Assembly (NCBI GenBank): GCA_951406725.2
Contig: OX597814.1
Span: 152,706,001-152,770,000, forward strand
From: Octopus vulgaris
Taxonomy: Eukaryota
Length of the DNA: 64,000 nucleotides
Direction: 5' to 3'
The position numbers and the translations under genes were made by a program. Below are positions 50,601-64,000 of this stretch, piece by piece (the stretch's first letter is position 1; the number at the start of each line of letters is the position of its first letter). The notes below the pieces were generated by a model. The model searched no databases, was not told where the DNA came from, and worked only from the letters and a program-made list of their open reading frames with translations.

Positions 50601-52136
50601 TGGCTAATGTAATCCAGTATATCTCTGAATAAAAGCTGGTCACAGACAGAATATCATTGATTGTCTGCTGGGTCATTGACTAGCTTATAGCCATAGTGAC
50701 AACACCCCTTTCTCTCTTTCTAACTCACAGATGAAGGACAAGAACTAAAAATGCTAAATTCTTTGTTCTTCATGGTAATAAAACTTATCAAACTTTTTAT
50801 AAAGTCTGCTGATCTACAGTGCTGATGTCATTGTCTTTGATATTAGATTAAATTACTTGAAATTCTCTCTTAAAGATATAAATCGCTTGCCTTTTTCTTT
50901 ATCTAGCACTATCAAAGATTCCTATCAACTTATTTCCAATTTCCATTCTATCCACCTTTAATTGTACTGTCATTCATTTTATAATCAGAAATTGCACTCT
51001 TACAGAACAAGTTGCTGTTTAACCCAGGTCAGCCTTGATTGGGTAGCTTTATAAGCAAAAATATTCTAGGCATGACCATCCTGTCTTATCTTTTACTTGT
51101 TTCAGTCATTAGACTGCAACAATGCTGGGGCACTGCCCTGAAGAATTTTTGGTCAAATGAATTGACCCCAATACTTATTTTCTTAAGCTAAGCCTGATAC
51201 TTAATCTAACAGTCATTAATGCTGAATCGCTAAGTTATGGGGATGTAAACACACCAACACCAGTTGTCAAGCAGTGGAGGGAGAGACAAACACACACACA
51301 CACACACACACACATACAACAGGCTGCTTTTAGTTTCCATCTCACAAAACCATTCACAAGGCTTTGGTCAACCCAGGGCTATAGCAGAAGACACTTACCC
51401 AAGGTGCTACACAGTGGGGCTAAACCCAGAACCATGTGATGGAAAGCAAATTTATTCAGTTGCTTGCATAGATTATAAGATGTTTAAGTTGTTTTTGATG
51501 CATAGGGAGTGTATATTATTCAGTATCAATTTTGTAAGATTATGTGTTGTGTTATTTCATTTTGTGTTGATTTTGTAGAATATCCTTCCTTTTTTAATGC
51601 TTCTGTTTCTAACAGATCAAGCTAACATATTTACTGGTGCCTTCATATAATACAAGTTACAAATAATACAGGCATTATTGTGCAAGGATGTGAAGGCACA
51701 CGGCTTAGTGGTTAGGGTATTCAGCTCACAATCATAAGGTTGTGAGTTCAATTCCTAGCAACATGTTGTGCCCTTGAACAAGACACTTTATTTCATGTTG
51801 TTCCAGTCCACTCTGCTGGCAAAAATGAACAGTATCTGTATGTCAAAGGGCCAACCTTGCCCCATTCTGTTTCCCACTGAATCTCCCTGAGGTTACACTT
51901 GCATGTTAATTTCACAAGCGGGCTGTTCCATTGACCGGATTGACTGGAACCCTCATCATCATAACCAGCGAGAGCATCTGGTATTACAAATTATTGTCAT
52001 ACCACTAATCAGGTGGTTGAAATATTTAGTATGCATTGAAATAATAGCTTTTATGCTTATAAAAACCAACATTCATGTATATGACTTTTGACAGAAGTAA
52101 CTTTGAAAAATGTCTCTTAACTTTCATTTTTGGTTA

Positions 52137-53483
52137 TATATCCTATAGTTTTTATCTACTATGAGGTCAAGAAAGGAATGTTTGTAGAGTAACTAGACGT
52201 ACTAGAAAAATTTCTTTTAAATCACATCCCACTTTCTTAAAAAAGTTACATCTAATACTACATTATGTCAATTCCATTTTAAACCTTTTCTACCCATACA
52301 TTTAATGCTACCGAATACATGGAGTATAGCAGGTAGGAAATATTTACAAAGATGTTCTCTCTCTGACAAACAACTTTGCTCAGGGCTTCTATACTCACAT
52401 CTCCATCATGGTGAACTTACTTAAATAAGTAAGGAACAATATCATGTTTTTTTTTTCTATGATACTTGATACTAGTAATACTTGTCAGTGTCCAAGTAAG
52501 TGCAAAGTAAATTACTTTCATATTTATAAAAGCTCTTTTCACAGAATTTCTAAGCAACCAGCTGACATTCTTATAAAGTTCAATGTGGATAAGATTTCAT
52601 ACATATACATTTTTGCAAATAAATTTGAGAGCTGAAAGCAAACTTAGATGTATAGTACATTTGTTATTTCAATGAAGATATAATTACACTTTTTGTTTGC
52701 TGTTTTGTAAATAATTATCTGAACATTGCCTGGAAGTTGAAAGTCAAAAGCTTCTTGAAATGGAAATAAGTAGGATGTAGATTATTAAAAGAAAACTGCC
52801 AATTTAATTGAATCTCAAAAAATATAATAAAGAACATGAACAAAAATAAAAAAAAAAAACATAGTCGGGTTCACAACACTATTATCTACATTCAAGTGTC
52901 CTGAAAAATGAGGCAAATTTGCCTCAAATTTTACCATACAGTCTTGAAAAAGGAGGGATACATTGAAGATTATAATCCAAGATATGCAATGCAATGCCAG
53001 AAAGAAGCAGAGGGCAATATTGGCTGGAACATTTTTGATTATAAATTCACTCAATCAGGGCTAACTTCATTCACAAGAAAACAACTATAATACTAGAGAC
53101 TACTTAGGGTCAGCATTTTTTTCAACTAGTTTCATCTTCTTTGAGTCCTAATTACTATATTATACTTTTGCTAACTTCACTTTTACCATTACATAAGCCA
53201 TCTAATATATCCTATAGTTTTTATCTACTGTGAGGTCAAGAAAGGAGTGTCTGTAGAGTAATTAGACCTACTAGAAAAATTTCTTTTAAATCACATCCTA
53301 CATTCTTAAAAAGTTACATCTAATACTACATTATGTCAATTCTATTTTACAACTTTCCTACCCATATATTTAGTGCTGGGGTGTAGCAGGTAGGAAATAT
53401 TTACAAAGATGTTCTCTCTCTGACAAACAACTTTGCTCAAAGCTTCTATACTCACATCTCCATCATGGTGAACTTACTTAAAT
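52137..53483. repeat. Local direct duplication of ~280-290 bp (52137-52426 and 53206-53483)
   Basis: tatatcctatagtttttatctact...ccatcatggtgaacttacttaaat is present twice with high identity and one small indel. Confidence 0.92.
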
Positions 53484-53943
53484 TTACAAGGATTATTAAA
53501 TTATTTTGCCAACAGAGACCATTACTTGTTTCTTCAGACTTTTATCATTTTTTTTTCAACTCTAACGCATGACCTACCATTTTATGCCAAGTATATAAAA
53601 TAGTTTGCTTCATTGAAATATAGGTGTATATTCAACAAAAAAAATTAAGTAAAAAATAGTAAAACAATATTGAAATAAAAGAAGCATTTAATAGATCCAA
53701 ATACATATTAGTTTTTAACTGTCAGTATTTCTATATGGCACATAAAAAGTACCCAATACACTATAAAATGATTGGTGTTGGGAAAAGCATCCAAACTGAG
53801 GAGAGCATGCCAAAGCAAACAATAGAGCAAGGCACAGTTTTCTGGCTTGCTAGCTCCTAGCAAACCATCCAATCCATGCCAGCATGGAATATGGAAGTTA
53901 AACAATAACAACAACAACAATAATAATAATAATAATAATGATG

Positions 53944-53975
<32 letters not shown>

Positions 53976-54314
53976 TCTGAGACCCTTTTCGGTCACGACA
54001 CTGACAATGGGATTGCACCTAGAAAGTTACCCTCCCAGGCACAAGTCTGGGCGAAGTTGTTTATGGAAGACCAGCAGACACCCATGCATACTGGCCTCCC
54101 CTCTCCACACCACCAGTGTTACCCAAGGGAAAGGCAAGGGCTGATACAGCTTGGCACCTGTGAGATCGCAACTCATTTCTATAGGTGAGTGAACTGGAGC
54201 AACATGAAATAAAGTGTCTTGCTCAAGAACACAACACGCAGCCCGGTCCGGGATTTGAGCTCACAACCTCACGATCGCAAGCTCGATGCTGTAACCACTG
54301 AGCCATGCGCCTTC

Positions 54315-54357
<43 letters not shown>

Positions 54358-54358
54358 G

Positions 54359-54531
54359 GAACTGAAACAGTGCCTCGTTGCAAAGAAAGCAAAGATGGTA
54401 AGATACAACCAAAGAATGAAGGGCTACCACCAGAATAGGTTATTCAGAGTAGATCAGAAGAGATTCTATAAAGAAATAAATGGAGAGGGTACAGATGAAA
54501 AGTTGATACCAGATAACAATGAAAGTCAAGA
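54359..54531 (+). mobile_element. R4/Dong-like retrotransposon fragment abutting (TAA)n
   Basis: Open frame ELKQCLVAKKAKMVRYNQRMKGYHQNRLFRVDQKRFYKEINGE (RY......QN.LF..DQK.FY motif upstream of RT in R4-clade elements), starting directly after a TAA run. Confidence 0.75.
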
Positions 54532-56033
54532 ATATATAAATATATCTCTTGGCAACAGAGTAATGTGTCACTGATGAAGATTAATCAAATCTGAATCATT
54601 GATGATACGATTCCATCTCATTTGCGATAGGGAGCTTGGCACTAATGACATCACAACTCATTTCTACAGCTGAGTGAACTAGAGTAAGAGGAGATAAAAT
54701 GTCTTGCTCAAAAACACAACACACAGCCCGGCCTGGGAATCAAACTCACTACCCCACAATTGTGAGTTTGAAAATATAGAAAACATATATAGCATTTCAT
54801 ATTTCATAAAGCATACAATTGGTCCAGAAAACAGCCAGGATTAAATAATGGTTGAAACACCTAATCTTATTTATTCATCTCATCAATGAGTGTGTTAAAT
54901 GCTCCATATATATTTTCCCCATTATGCAAATTATCAACAAATTCACCTCCACTCACATTCTTGTCTAGCTGTTAGACAACTGATTGTCTGGAATTATCAC
55001 CATAAATTTGACATTTCACCATCTGGTGCTGGGTTTTTGATTTATCACTAGACTATAGCTACAACTTTGTTCGTTATTTACAGATTTCATGCTTTATCCT
55101 TTTCTTCTCTCCCTCCTTCCTCTCTGTCATATACATTGGCAATGATATGAGAGCCCTTGAATATGTACACATGTCTTCCCACCTCTGTTTGAGGAAGACA
55201 CAGCCTTGAACTTCTGTTATCTATTTATTTATCTCCTACATCATGTGTCATTAGTGATGTTGTTCTATAATTTACATAATTATGTAACCCTGGCCTTTGT
55301 TAGCTGAAAGGATTTTGTGTTCTACAAAATACCACATATGCTTTCTAGTGAAGGCACATCTGCTTAATAGTGAAGGCACATGGCTCAGTGGTCAGTTTTG
55401 GGCTCACAATCATGAGGTAATGAGTTTGATTCCCAGACCAGGCTGTGTGTTGTGTTCTGGAGCAAGACACTTTATTTCATGTTGCTCCAGTTCACTCAGC
55501 TGTAGAAATGACTTACAACATCACAGGTACGAAGCTGTAAAGGACTTTGCCTGTCTCTTGAATAACATCTGTGGCATGGAGAGGGGAGGCTGGTATGCAT
55601 GGACGGCTGCTGGTCTTCCATGCCTCACAGGGTAACTTTCTAGAAGCAATCTCATGGTCATTCATGACCAAAGGGGGTCTTTACCTCTTTTTTTTACCCT
55701 TTATTGATAACATTATCATGTGGCTCATATCCTGTACTTTAATGCTCAGTGTTGTGCTGTACTGGATATAGGAGTGGCATGTAGGACCAACTACTGATCC
55801 TGAACTTTAGTTACATTTTACACTTTCTAGTGAATATATTTTCTATCTAAGTGTGTGTGTGTGTGTGTGTACAATGGGCATCTTTCAATTTCTGTCTACC
55901 AAATCTACTCACAAAGGCTTTGGTCACCCGAGGGCTGAACTCGAAACCATGTGGTTAAGAAACGAATTTCTTAAACACACAGCCATGCTTGTGCCATATT
56001 CTAAATGATAATGGTAGTGGTGTTGGTTTATAA

Positions 56034-56078
<45 letters not shown>

Positions 56079-56869
56079 CAAAACATTCAAACACTGAGAT
56101 TTGAAATCAGATGTCACTACTGTTCATATCATCTGTGGATAAATTTTAAAATTGATGATATCCCCAGCTGTGACATAGGCGGATCGCAGGCACAAAGCAT
56201 TAAATAGCTATGAATTATAAATTTTCATGAAGCGTAATGATGCTTAACAAGCATCTACCTGCTAGAAATAAGAGCTAAAGTCTTAAATTAATCCACCGTA
56301 CTGCACCAAGATAACAGAGAAAAACAGTATGCGAGGAAAACAGAAAGAATTAAAACATTTAACAGCACAAATAAAAATATTTTGCAATTAGGGATATCCA
56401 CAAACCAGGTTTTGGCTTTTGGGTATTATATATATACACATGCAGACAGGCAGACAGATAGATATAACATGACTGAATCATATATTCAAAAAAGAAGCAC
56501 ATGCTAAATGTAAGAGCAATAATGTATTTACAAAGCAACCAAGATCCTATATAAATGGGAGCAGACAATGCACACTTTGAAAAGCAGAGTGGACAAGGAT
56601 CCTTAATGACTTGCATGACTTGGAGACCATTTAAACTCCAGAAATGAGGTTTATAGCCCTTGTCAGCATTTTAAATGCTACCTGCTGCAGGCATGAGATT
56701 CCCCAGTCTAAATAGCTAAGTTACGACTCAGACATAACACCATTCTTAAAACTGTAAACACACACGTGCGCGTACACACACACACACACAGATAGGATAA
56801 GCAATTGTTGCTGGAAGCATCCATTACTCAGAGTTGTATAAACACAAAATCACATATCTAGCCATTCAG

Positions 56870-56919
<50 letters not shown>

Positions 56920-57966
56920 TTGTGTGTGTGTGCATGTGCATGCACGTATGTGTACACACTTGTCTTCACATCCTGTAATGATTGTAAATGAGCATCCTCG
57001 TCATGCAAGTAATGTTCATTTCCAGTCTTCCATGAAAATCATGTCTGGCCACGGGGAGATAATTCCTTGCTTGAAAACAGGTGAAGGTTACAGACAGGAA
57101 AGGTACTCAGCTACAGAAATTTTGCCTCAAAAAGTTCCATCTAACCCATGCAAGCATGGAAAAGTGGACATTAAGTAATGATGATGTGGTGTCTACATAT
57201 TATAATGAGCACTAAAGATTAAATTTTTTTCAGATAGTATGTTTCAAGTGTCATAGATTACAATTCACCAAAACAAAAGCGGAGAGGGCAATCACTGACT
57301 TCCCCTTTGAAATTTTTCAGTTTTGGATTGCTTTTGAACATTTTTTTTCACATCTATGTTTACAACATCTGAGATTATGAACATATAAACATAAATCTGA
57401 AAAAGAATTTAAAAAAACATCAAAACTGGAAAATTACAAAAGATGGGGTTGCAAAAATCTTCTCCGTCATACCAAAATAATTTTTGTTTTTACTAAATCA
57501 TATGCAACAATGCTGAAAACATATTCATCCAAAGAAATTTTAGTTTTTTGGAGCACTAGGCAATTTCCAATTTTATCTAACAGGACACGCGTGAGTTGAA
57601 AGAATGAAGCTATTAGAATAAAAGAACTTAAGACTAACAGGATGACAAAAGTAATTATTGTACCAGATAATATCTGAGCAGTCATCGTCACAATAACCAA
57701 GCTACTTATAATTTCAATGACTTATTACAAGTAATTTATAACTACATTAAGTACTACAGAGTAGAATTGATTACATATACTTGACAATGAATATAGATCT
57801 TTAGGGATGGTTTGTGTACAAAAAAATTAAAATATATTTATTATGCTTCTATAATGTACTAAATAACTTGCTAATTTTATCCTGTAAATATAACTTAAAG
57901 TGCATGAAATAATTAAGTACTGTTTTATTTTTATTTCTGTTTACTCTCAATGTATTTATGAAGCAA

Positions 57967-58103
57967 ATTAAAATATTCTGACATACTGTATGTAAAATCA
58001 AAAATGGTATTATATTTGACTAATTTATTACCTTGTTTACTTAATTTTAGTCAAATATAATACCATTTTTGATTTTACATACAGTATGTCGGAATATTTT
58101 AAT
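57967..58103. repeat. Near-perfect hairpin, 57-bp arms, 23-nt loop
   Basis: 57967-58023 versus 58047-58103 are reverse-complementary with a single mismatch (57979/58091). Confidence 0.95.
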
Positions 58104-58779
58104 ATAATATAAATAATTTAAACTACAAGAAATTATTAAGTAATTAGATCTTTATTCAATAAATGAAATATAGCTGTGAAGATTTTATACTAAGAATTTC
58201 AAAGGCAGTGCACAGATAGAATCATTAGTACACTAGGCAAAATGCTTAACAGCAAAATGTTTAGTAGCCTTTTGTCTGTCTTTAAATTTAGAGTTCAAAT
58301 TCTGCTATAGTCGACTTTGCCTTTCATCCTCTCAGGGTTGACAAAATAAGTACCAGCTGAACACTGAGGGTCTATAGAATCAACTTAGCCCCACCCCTAG
58401 AATTGCCAGCCTTGTGCCAAAATTTAAAATTTAGAAATTTTTCACATACAAGTGTGGAACGGTACACCATCTAGGAATCACTGATTTACAATATTATTCT
58501 ACTTCCATTTATTTCTGTTCTTACATGGACAGGACACAAATATGAATTAATGCTATACTCTTTTACTTGTTTCAGTCATTTGTCTGCGGCCATGCTGGAG
58601 CACTGCCTTTCAGTCAAGCAAATCACCCCCAGGATTTATTCTTTGTAAGCCTAGTACTTATTCTATTGGTCTCTTTTGCCGAACCGATAAGTTACGGGGA
58701 CATAAACACACCAGCATTGGTTGTCAAGTGATGTTGTGGGAACAAACACAGAAACACAAACATATACACACATACATAT

Positions 58780-58841
<62 letters not shown>

Positions 58842-59814
58842 GACAGGCTTCTTTCAGTTTCCGTCTACCAAATCCACTTACAAGGCTTTGGTCAGCCCGA
58901 GGGTATTGTAAAAGACACTTGCCGAAGGTGCCACACAGTGGGATTGAACCCAGAACCATGTGGTTGGTAAGCAAGCTACTTACCACACAGCCACTTCTGC
59001 ATCTATGTTAACAGTGTTTTGTTTTCATTGCAACAATGTACTTAGAAAACAGCTGGATCGAACATTAAGTGACGAATATGAAAATTGGTCTATTCAGTTT
59101 ACTTTTAACTCCTAATATTAATGGGTTCACAAATAACTGGGACTTTGTTGGTTACAATGACAAGCATTCTAGTTGATGCAATCAATGGAATAGCCTGCTT
59201 GTGAAATTAACGTGCAAGTGGTTAAGAACTCCACAAACACACATACCCTTAAGCATGACACCAAATGTGATAAGGCTGGCTCTTTGAAATACAGGTACTA
59301 CTCATTTTTGCCAGCTGAGTGGACTGGAACAACATGAAATAAAGTGTCTTGTTCAAGGATACGACATGCCACCGGGTTTCGAACTCATGACATTACAATC
59401 ATGAGCTGAATGCCCTAACCACTAAGCCATGTGCCTTCACTGATTTACAAATAGTGTGTTCATGGATCATTAGAAAGGTGCACAGTTGCTAACAAAGAGA
59501 CCAATGAGATTGAAAACATGCATGCAGCTCTTCTTTTTTTTTTTTTTTTATTGGCCATGAACATATTGAATAGAAAAATTGTTTACACTTGTCATAGCAC
59601 ACAGTTTTAGCTAATAAATCTACAGATATATTTTGCAGTATATTCTAACAGATATGAATGTCTTTGAATCTCTCTCTTTCTCTCTTCTTATTCATTTATT
59701 TATTACTGCATTGAGATAAAACAGAAACAAAAATGAGAAGAAAATGTTGAAAAATCAAATATAACAAAGCTAATAATCTGATACCTGATTAACCTACAAA
59801 AAACCTTAGAAAAG

Positions 59815-60255
59815 AAAAGAAGTGTCCTTCTGTGACTTAAATCTTGAGGCTCTGGCTTCGTCCTTTATGTTGTACATTCTGGAAGACATCTTCTTCCAGA
59901 ACAAGCCAGTTACATCCATGATAAAACCTGTTCTGGCTTGTATCCCTTGTCCTCAATGATCAACCTGAAGGTACTTCTCAGCAGCTTCTTTGTCGGCTGA
60001 TGCTGTCTCTCCATGCAGAGAAACAAACTTTATTTTAAACCATTTCTGGAAATGGTTAAACCATCCCTTGTTGGCTTGAAAGTCTTCAGGCTCCAGGGCT
60101 TGGTTGTGGTCCTTCAGTGCCTCCTGCTCCGTCTCTTCTGTTGAACTGCTGGTATAATTTCCTCACATTCTCTCAGATGATGTTACCATTCAATGGAATG
60201 TTTTTCTTCTTGCAGTCACTGACCCACAATGCCAAGGCAGATTCCATTGTCTGGA
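59815..60255 (-). mobile_element. Tigger/pogo (TIGD1-like) transposase remnant
   Basis: MESALALW, FQANKGWFNHF...LHGETASADKEAA and IIEDKGYKPEQVF.MD.TGLFWKKM are CENP-B HTH and DDE_1 motifs, with frameshifts. Confidence 0.88.
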
Positions 60256-60279
60256 TCCCATATAGGAATATATATATAC

Positions 60280-60311
<32 letters not shown>

Positions 60312-60686
60312 CATCATCGTCGTTTAACGTCTGTTTCCCATGCTAGCATGTGTTGGATGGTTCGACCGGGGTCTGGGAAGCCAGGAGGCTGCACCAGGCT
60401 CTAGTCTGATCTGGCAGTGTTTCTACAGCTGGATGGCCTTCCTAACGCCAACCACTCCGTGATTGTAGTGGGTGCTTTTTACGTGCCACTGGCACAGAAG
60501 CCAGTCAAGGCAGCGCTGGCATCAGCCACATTCTGATGGTGCTTTTTATGTGCCACCGGCAGAGGTATCACAACTACAATTTCCATTTGATTTTTTGATG
60601 TTGATGTACTTGACTCAATAGGTCTCCTCAATATATATATATACTTTAACTACAATGAGAAGTTTTTGTTGAGAGACAAATACAGG

Positions 60687-60731
<45 letters not shown>

Positions 60732-61844
60732 TGTGAAATATACATAGATGTCGCTATATTAATTAGAAAGCTTTGATTAAAAGCAGGAATAAGAGATACA
60801 AGATACAGTGTACTTGTATCTAAAATAATCAAGTGACGTGATGTGCAGTTATTCTAATCAGAGGGAGCTTCAGCTGCGAAGGGACGTCCAATAAACCAGC
60901 AAATACAGTATATTGTTACTAATAATTTAGCCTTGAAAAGTGTGAAAGAAGTCATAAGAAATTGCAGACAATATTTAAGATTCCACGAATAAGTGTGGGT
61001 ACACTGTATATTTATTTATTGCTATATAGTAGCTGATGAACAATAGCATCATTGGTTACAAATTCTCAAAGACTTATCCCTGGCTCACTAAATTTCTGCT
61101 GATGAGAGTGAAGTGAGAGTTCCTGTAACTTGGTGCAGAACAAATACTGTAAAGGAGTCCATCTAGATGTGATAATTATGATGATAGTGAAGCATTTACA
61201 TTACACAGGTACTGCCAATAAGAGAATCTTTGCATGTTGGTCAACCTGCTACAAATAGCAGCCAAATCTACCTCATATCACATCCTACCATCTTAAAAGA
61301 AAGGAAGAACACATTAGGTAATGCATTCTAGATATACTAAAATACATGATGGTTATGATAAGAACATCTTTAAACATAGATCTGCTTAATCCAGCCAGTG
61401 GCGTAGCTAGAGGGTGTGCCACCCAAGGCAAACCTTGAGTTTGCTGCCCTAACCCCCATACAGGCTAATGCAGCAGACCTAAAAGTGATGTCCCCATAAA
61501 GCAATGCCCAGGAAGACCCACCCTCATTGTATCTCCCTCCCACTTGTTATACCATTGACCAAGGTTGAACTGTGATTAAACAACAACAACAACACTGTTT
61601 AATAGTCCAACTGAAGTTCTAGAATAGCTAAAATATTAAAAATATAACATCTTAGATTCAGAAAATATATCAAGAGTTGATAAAGAAACATTTTTGCTTC
61701 TTTTATGAAAGTTTAGCACAATTTCAAAGAATTCGTAACAACTGGTGGCAATACATTCTACAATATCAGGTCGATGTTTCATATACATTTTCCTATGACC
61801 ATTAAGTTTTGGAGAGACAGTTGCAATAAATCAGTCAAATAAGC

Positions 61845-62110
61845 TAAGAAGTTGCTGAAGTATGGAACAGACTGCCGGCATCAGTTGTTTGTTGTCGGAG
61901 CACTGCATCCTTCAAAACTTCCATGCTTCCTGAGATTCGCCAACACTAAACCTGATTTTCTACCCTCCATACACACGCAAGCATGTATCTGACTCATACA
62001 CTGTTCAATTTCCAGACATTTGTACATTACTGCATATTCTTTATACGCACTTTTGACAAGTTGTGGTGCACCTGAGCACTGTATACAATAATTTCATTAT
62101 TATTATTATA
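61845..62110 (+). mobile_element. CR1/L2/Jockey-group LINE 3' end with (TTA)n tail
   Basis: VAEVWNRLPASVVCCRSTASFKTSM (WN.LP..VV...S...FK motif), then a short UTR and a TTA repeat tail. Confidence 0.7.
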
Positions 62111-62236
62111 AGTTGGTAACCAAACTAGATTAACCAATGTGGAGGATGTGCTTATTTAGAATGAGTTCAATAGTTTTTCATTTTTTTATCAGAGAATAAT
62201 GAGGGAAAGATGGCATCAGAATGTTCCATTTTGGAA

Positions 62237-63222
62237 ATAACATGAATAAAGAAAACATTTAAAATCTTATTTAGATGTTGTGAAGACACCAGCAGCTAAA
62301 TTCTGGTCAAATGATATTTAGATAGAACAACTGTGCTTTATCTGTGTTCTGCTTTTCTTTTATTTATTTTGGTTTTAATGTATGCTTAGTCAGAAAATCA
62401 ATAAATTAATTTTGTCTTCAATGTTATTTGCACATTAATTAGGTTGCTATGTAAATGGAGGAATATTTTAATGTTTAGAGCAGGGATCAGGTGTGGGTGG
62501 GCTACAACTCACAAGTAAGCCATGGAAATGTTCTTTGTGGACTTCGGAGCTTTTCTAAAATTTTTTCAAATTTAATGCATTTGCAGGCCATTGAGAAATT
62601 GGTGGTTTTTAAATAGTCTTTTGTGTCATAATTTGTTTGATTTTTGTTTATATAAGTATTGCCAGAGATGAAAAATAGATGGGGAAACTGTTGTAAAGTG
62701 GGTTCCTCCCACTGGTGTGATGTGTGACTGCCATTGTACTGTAGTTGCTGTTTTACGCTAGTAGCCATAATAGTTACTAGTCATCAGATACCATTGTACC
62801 TCTTCGTACTTGAATAGCAATACACTAACTTCTTCTGTCTTATTATCGCTGATAGCTCCACAAGACACTGACTAGAACTGTTGACCCTCAACTCTTCAAC
62901 TTTCGACCCTCTCTTGACAACTGGCTACTGGTCTATTTATAATGGCTGACTCCTACCACTTTTTACCAGGAGAGGTATACAGTTTCACTATACAACATCA
63001 CCCTTTTTAATTATTTTATTTAACAATCAATTTCTTTTATTCACCCCACCTCCTCATGTTTATATATATGGACGCTAAACAATGATGATGATGATGATGA
63101 TGATGATGATATATAACATGAATAAAGAAAACATTTAAAATCTTATTTAGATGTTGTGCAAAACATCAGTTGCTAAATTCTGATCAAATGATAAAATTAG
63201 ATAAAACAACTGTGCTTTATCT
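62237..63222. repeat. ~107-bp direct duplication (62237-62343 and ~63113-63222)
   Basis: ataacatgaataaagaaaacatttaaaatcttatttagatgttgtg...caactgtgctttatct occurs twice. Confidence 0.85.
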
Positions 63223-64000
63223 CAATATTTTTTCTTCTTAGGGTCTACTTTTAGGAATTCAGTGTTCTTCTTTTTCCTTGTACGCATGGTTTTGACGTCG
63301 TCTAATGGTGTTCGAATCTGGAAAGTGTCATATAGCCAAACCATTGGTATTTCTACTCTTGTTGGTTCCTTTTTTATGACTCTTTCATTAAGCTGATTTT
63401 TATGTCTCCTTTCCATTGTATATCATTCTTCTTATGTATGTTACAATTTCTCCTTCTTCCCAGAATTGCTTGCCATTTTTGTACATTCTTACATATACCT
63501 TATCACCAATTCTAAAGAATTTTGGCATTTCTTTACTAGCATGCATGTTTTTCTTCACTGGTAAGAACTTATCGAATACTGACTTCACCTTTCTGGCAAA
63601 CATTAATTCTGCTGAACTTCCTTCTGGCACATTTGGGTTCAGAGTTACCCTATATACCCTTAAGAATTGTTGGATCACGACCTCGTCTGTGGCTTCCTTA
63701 GCTTTCTTTAAAATTCTCTTAAAAGTGTCCCCAAACTGTTCAGCCCTTCCATTTGATCTCGGGTGATATGGTGCTATATTTTTATGTTGTAATGTGAACA
63801 TCTCACAGAATCTTTTAAACTCACAGGATACAAACTGTGTTTCGTTATCAGAGACAATTATATCCAGTACACCAAATCTTGCAAACAGCTCATGTAAGAA
63901 GTTTATTACCATATATGAGGTTGGTTATTTACACCTCATGATTTCAGGCCATTTTGTGAAGCTGTCCACTATTATTAAGTAATAATATCCATTTACCAGG
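63222..64000 (-). mobile_element. Ty3/Gypsy LTR-retrotransposon integrase remnant (K02A2.6-like), runs off the window end
   Basis: YLIIVDSFTKWPE, LFARFG..DIIVSDN.TQF, APYHPRSNGRAE, FL..YR.T and F.IGDKVY are rve integrase core and GPY/F-region motifs. Contains a stop and frameshifts. Confidence 0.92.

Noticed and set aside
54564-54610. Hammerhead-like gugucaCUGAUGA-agauu..aaucu-GAAU-cauuga-ugauac
   Set aside because: Stems I and II pair, but GAAA is GAAU and there is no UH cleavage site. At best a dead relic.
56369-56420. Minus-strand peptide KPKPGLWISLIAKYFY(L) spaced like ABCC4 exon 1 (KPNPLQDANLCSRVFFW), with a phase-2 GT
   Set aside because: The donor GTGCTG is very weak, the conserved NP and AN residues are absent, and the upstream frame runs through microsatellite. 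Probably chance; the true exon 1 is likely beyond 64000.
57467-57700. Hydrophobic 77-aa minus ORF as a possible TMD0 exon
   Set aside because: No ABCC motif or convincing splice sites. ABCC4-type proteins lack TMD0, and AT-rich DNA readily gives hydrophobic peptides.
61397-61558. Possible hAT MITE (cagtggcgtagctag ... cttgttataccattg)
   Set aside because: The TIR match is poor and there is no 8-bp TSD, so support is insufficient.

Overview
Eukaryotic, AT-rich, repeat-dense DNA. The SINE/RTE repeat content and (TA)n/(CA)n/(CAT)n/(AAT)n microsatellites suggest an octopus or other coleoid cephalopod genome (inference). The window lies inside one large minus-strand gene, an ABCC4/MRP4-type ABC transporter. 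Six GT-AG exons splice into one open 825-nt frame covering the lasso motif and the first part of TMD1: 49102-48992, 31130-31013, 27842-27627, 26434-26345, 20366-20203 and 16433-16308. I found no convincing first exon or exon 8, so both are probably outside the window. The introns hold many SINE copies plus fossils of Penelope-like (GIY-YIG), R4/Dong-like, RTE, Tx1/L1-like, CR1-like, Gypsy, Helitron, hAT, DD37D maT/mariner, Tigger and possibly piggyBac elements. Most ORFs in the supplied track are microsatellite or SINE artefacts. The most notable observations are: minimal hammerhead-ribozyme motifs (one with an intact core, a recurrent U6 variant and one attached to a tRNA-headed element), a decayed duplicate of ABCC4 exon 6, several long intronic fold-backs that could be ADAR substrates, and a 23-aa STPR-like repeat ahead of a Helitron Rep fragment. 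All calls come from manual reading; no database search was run.
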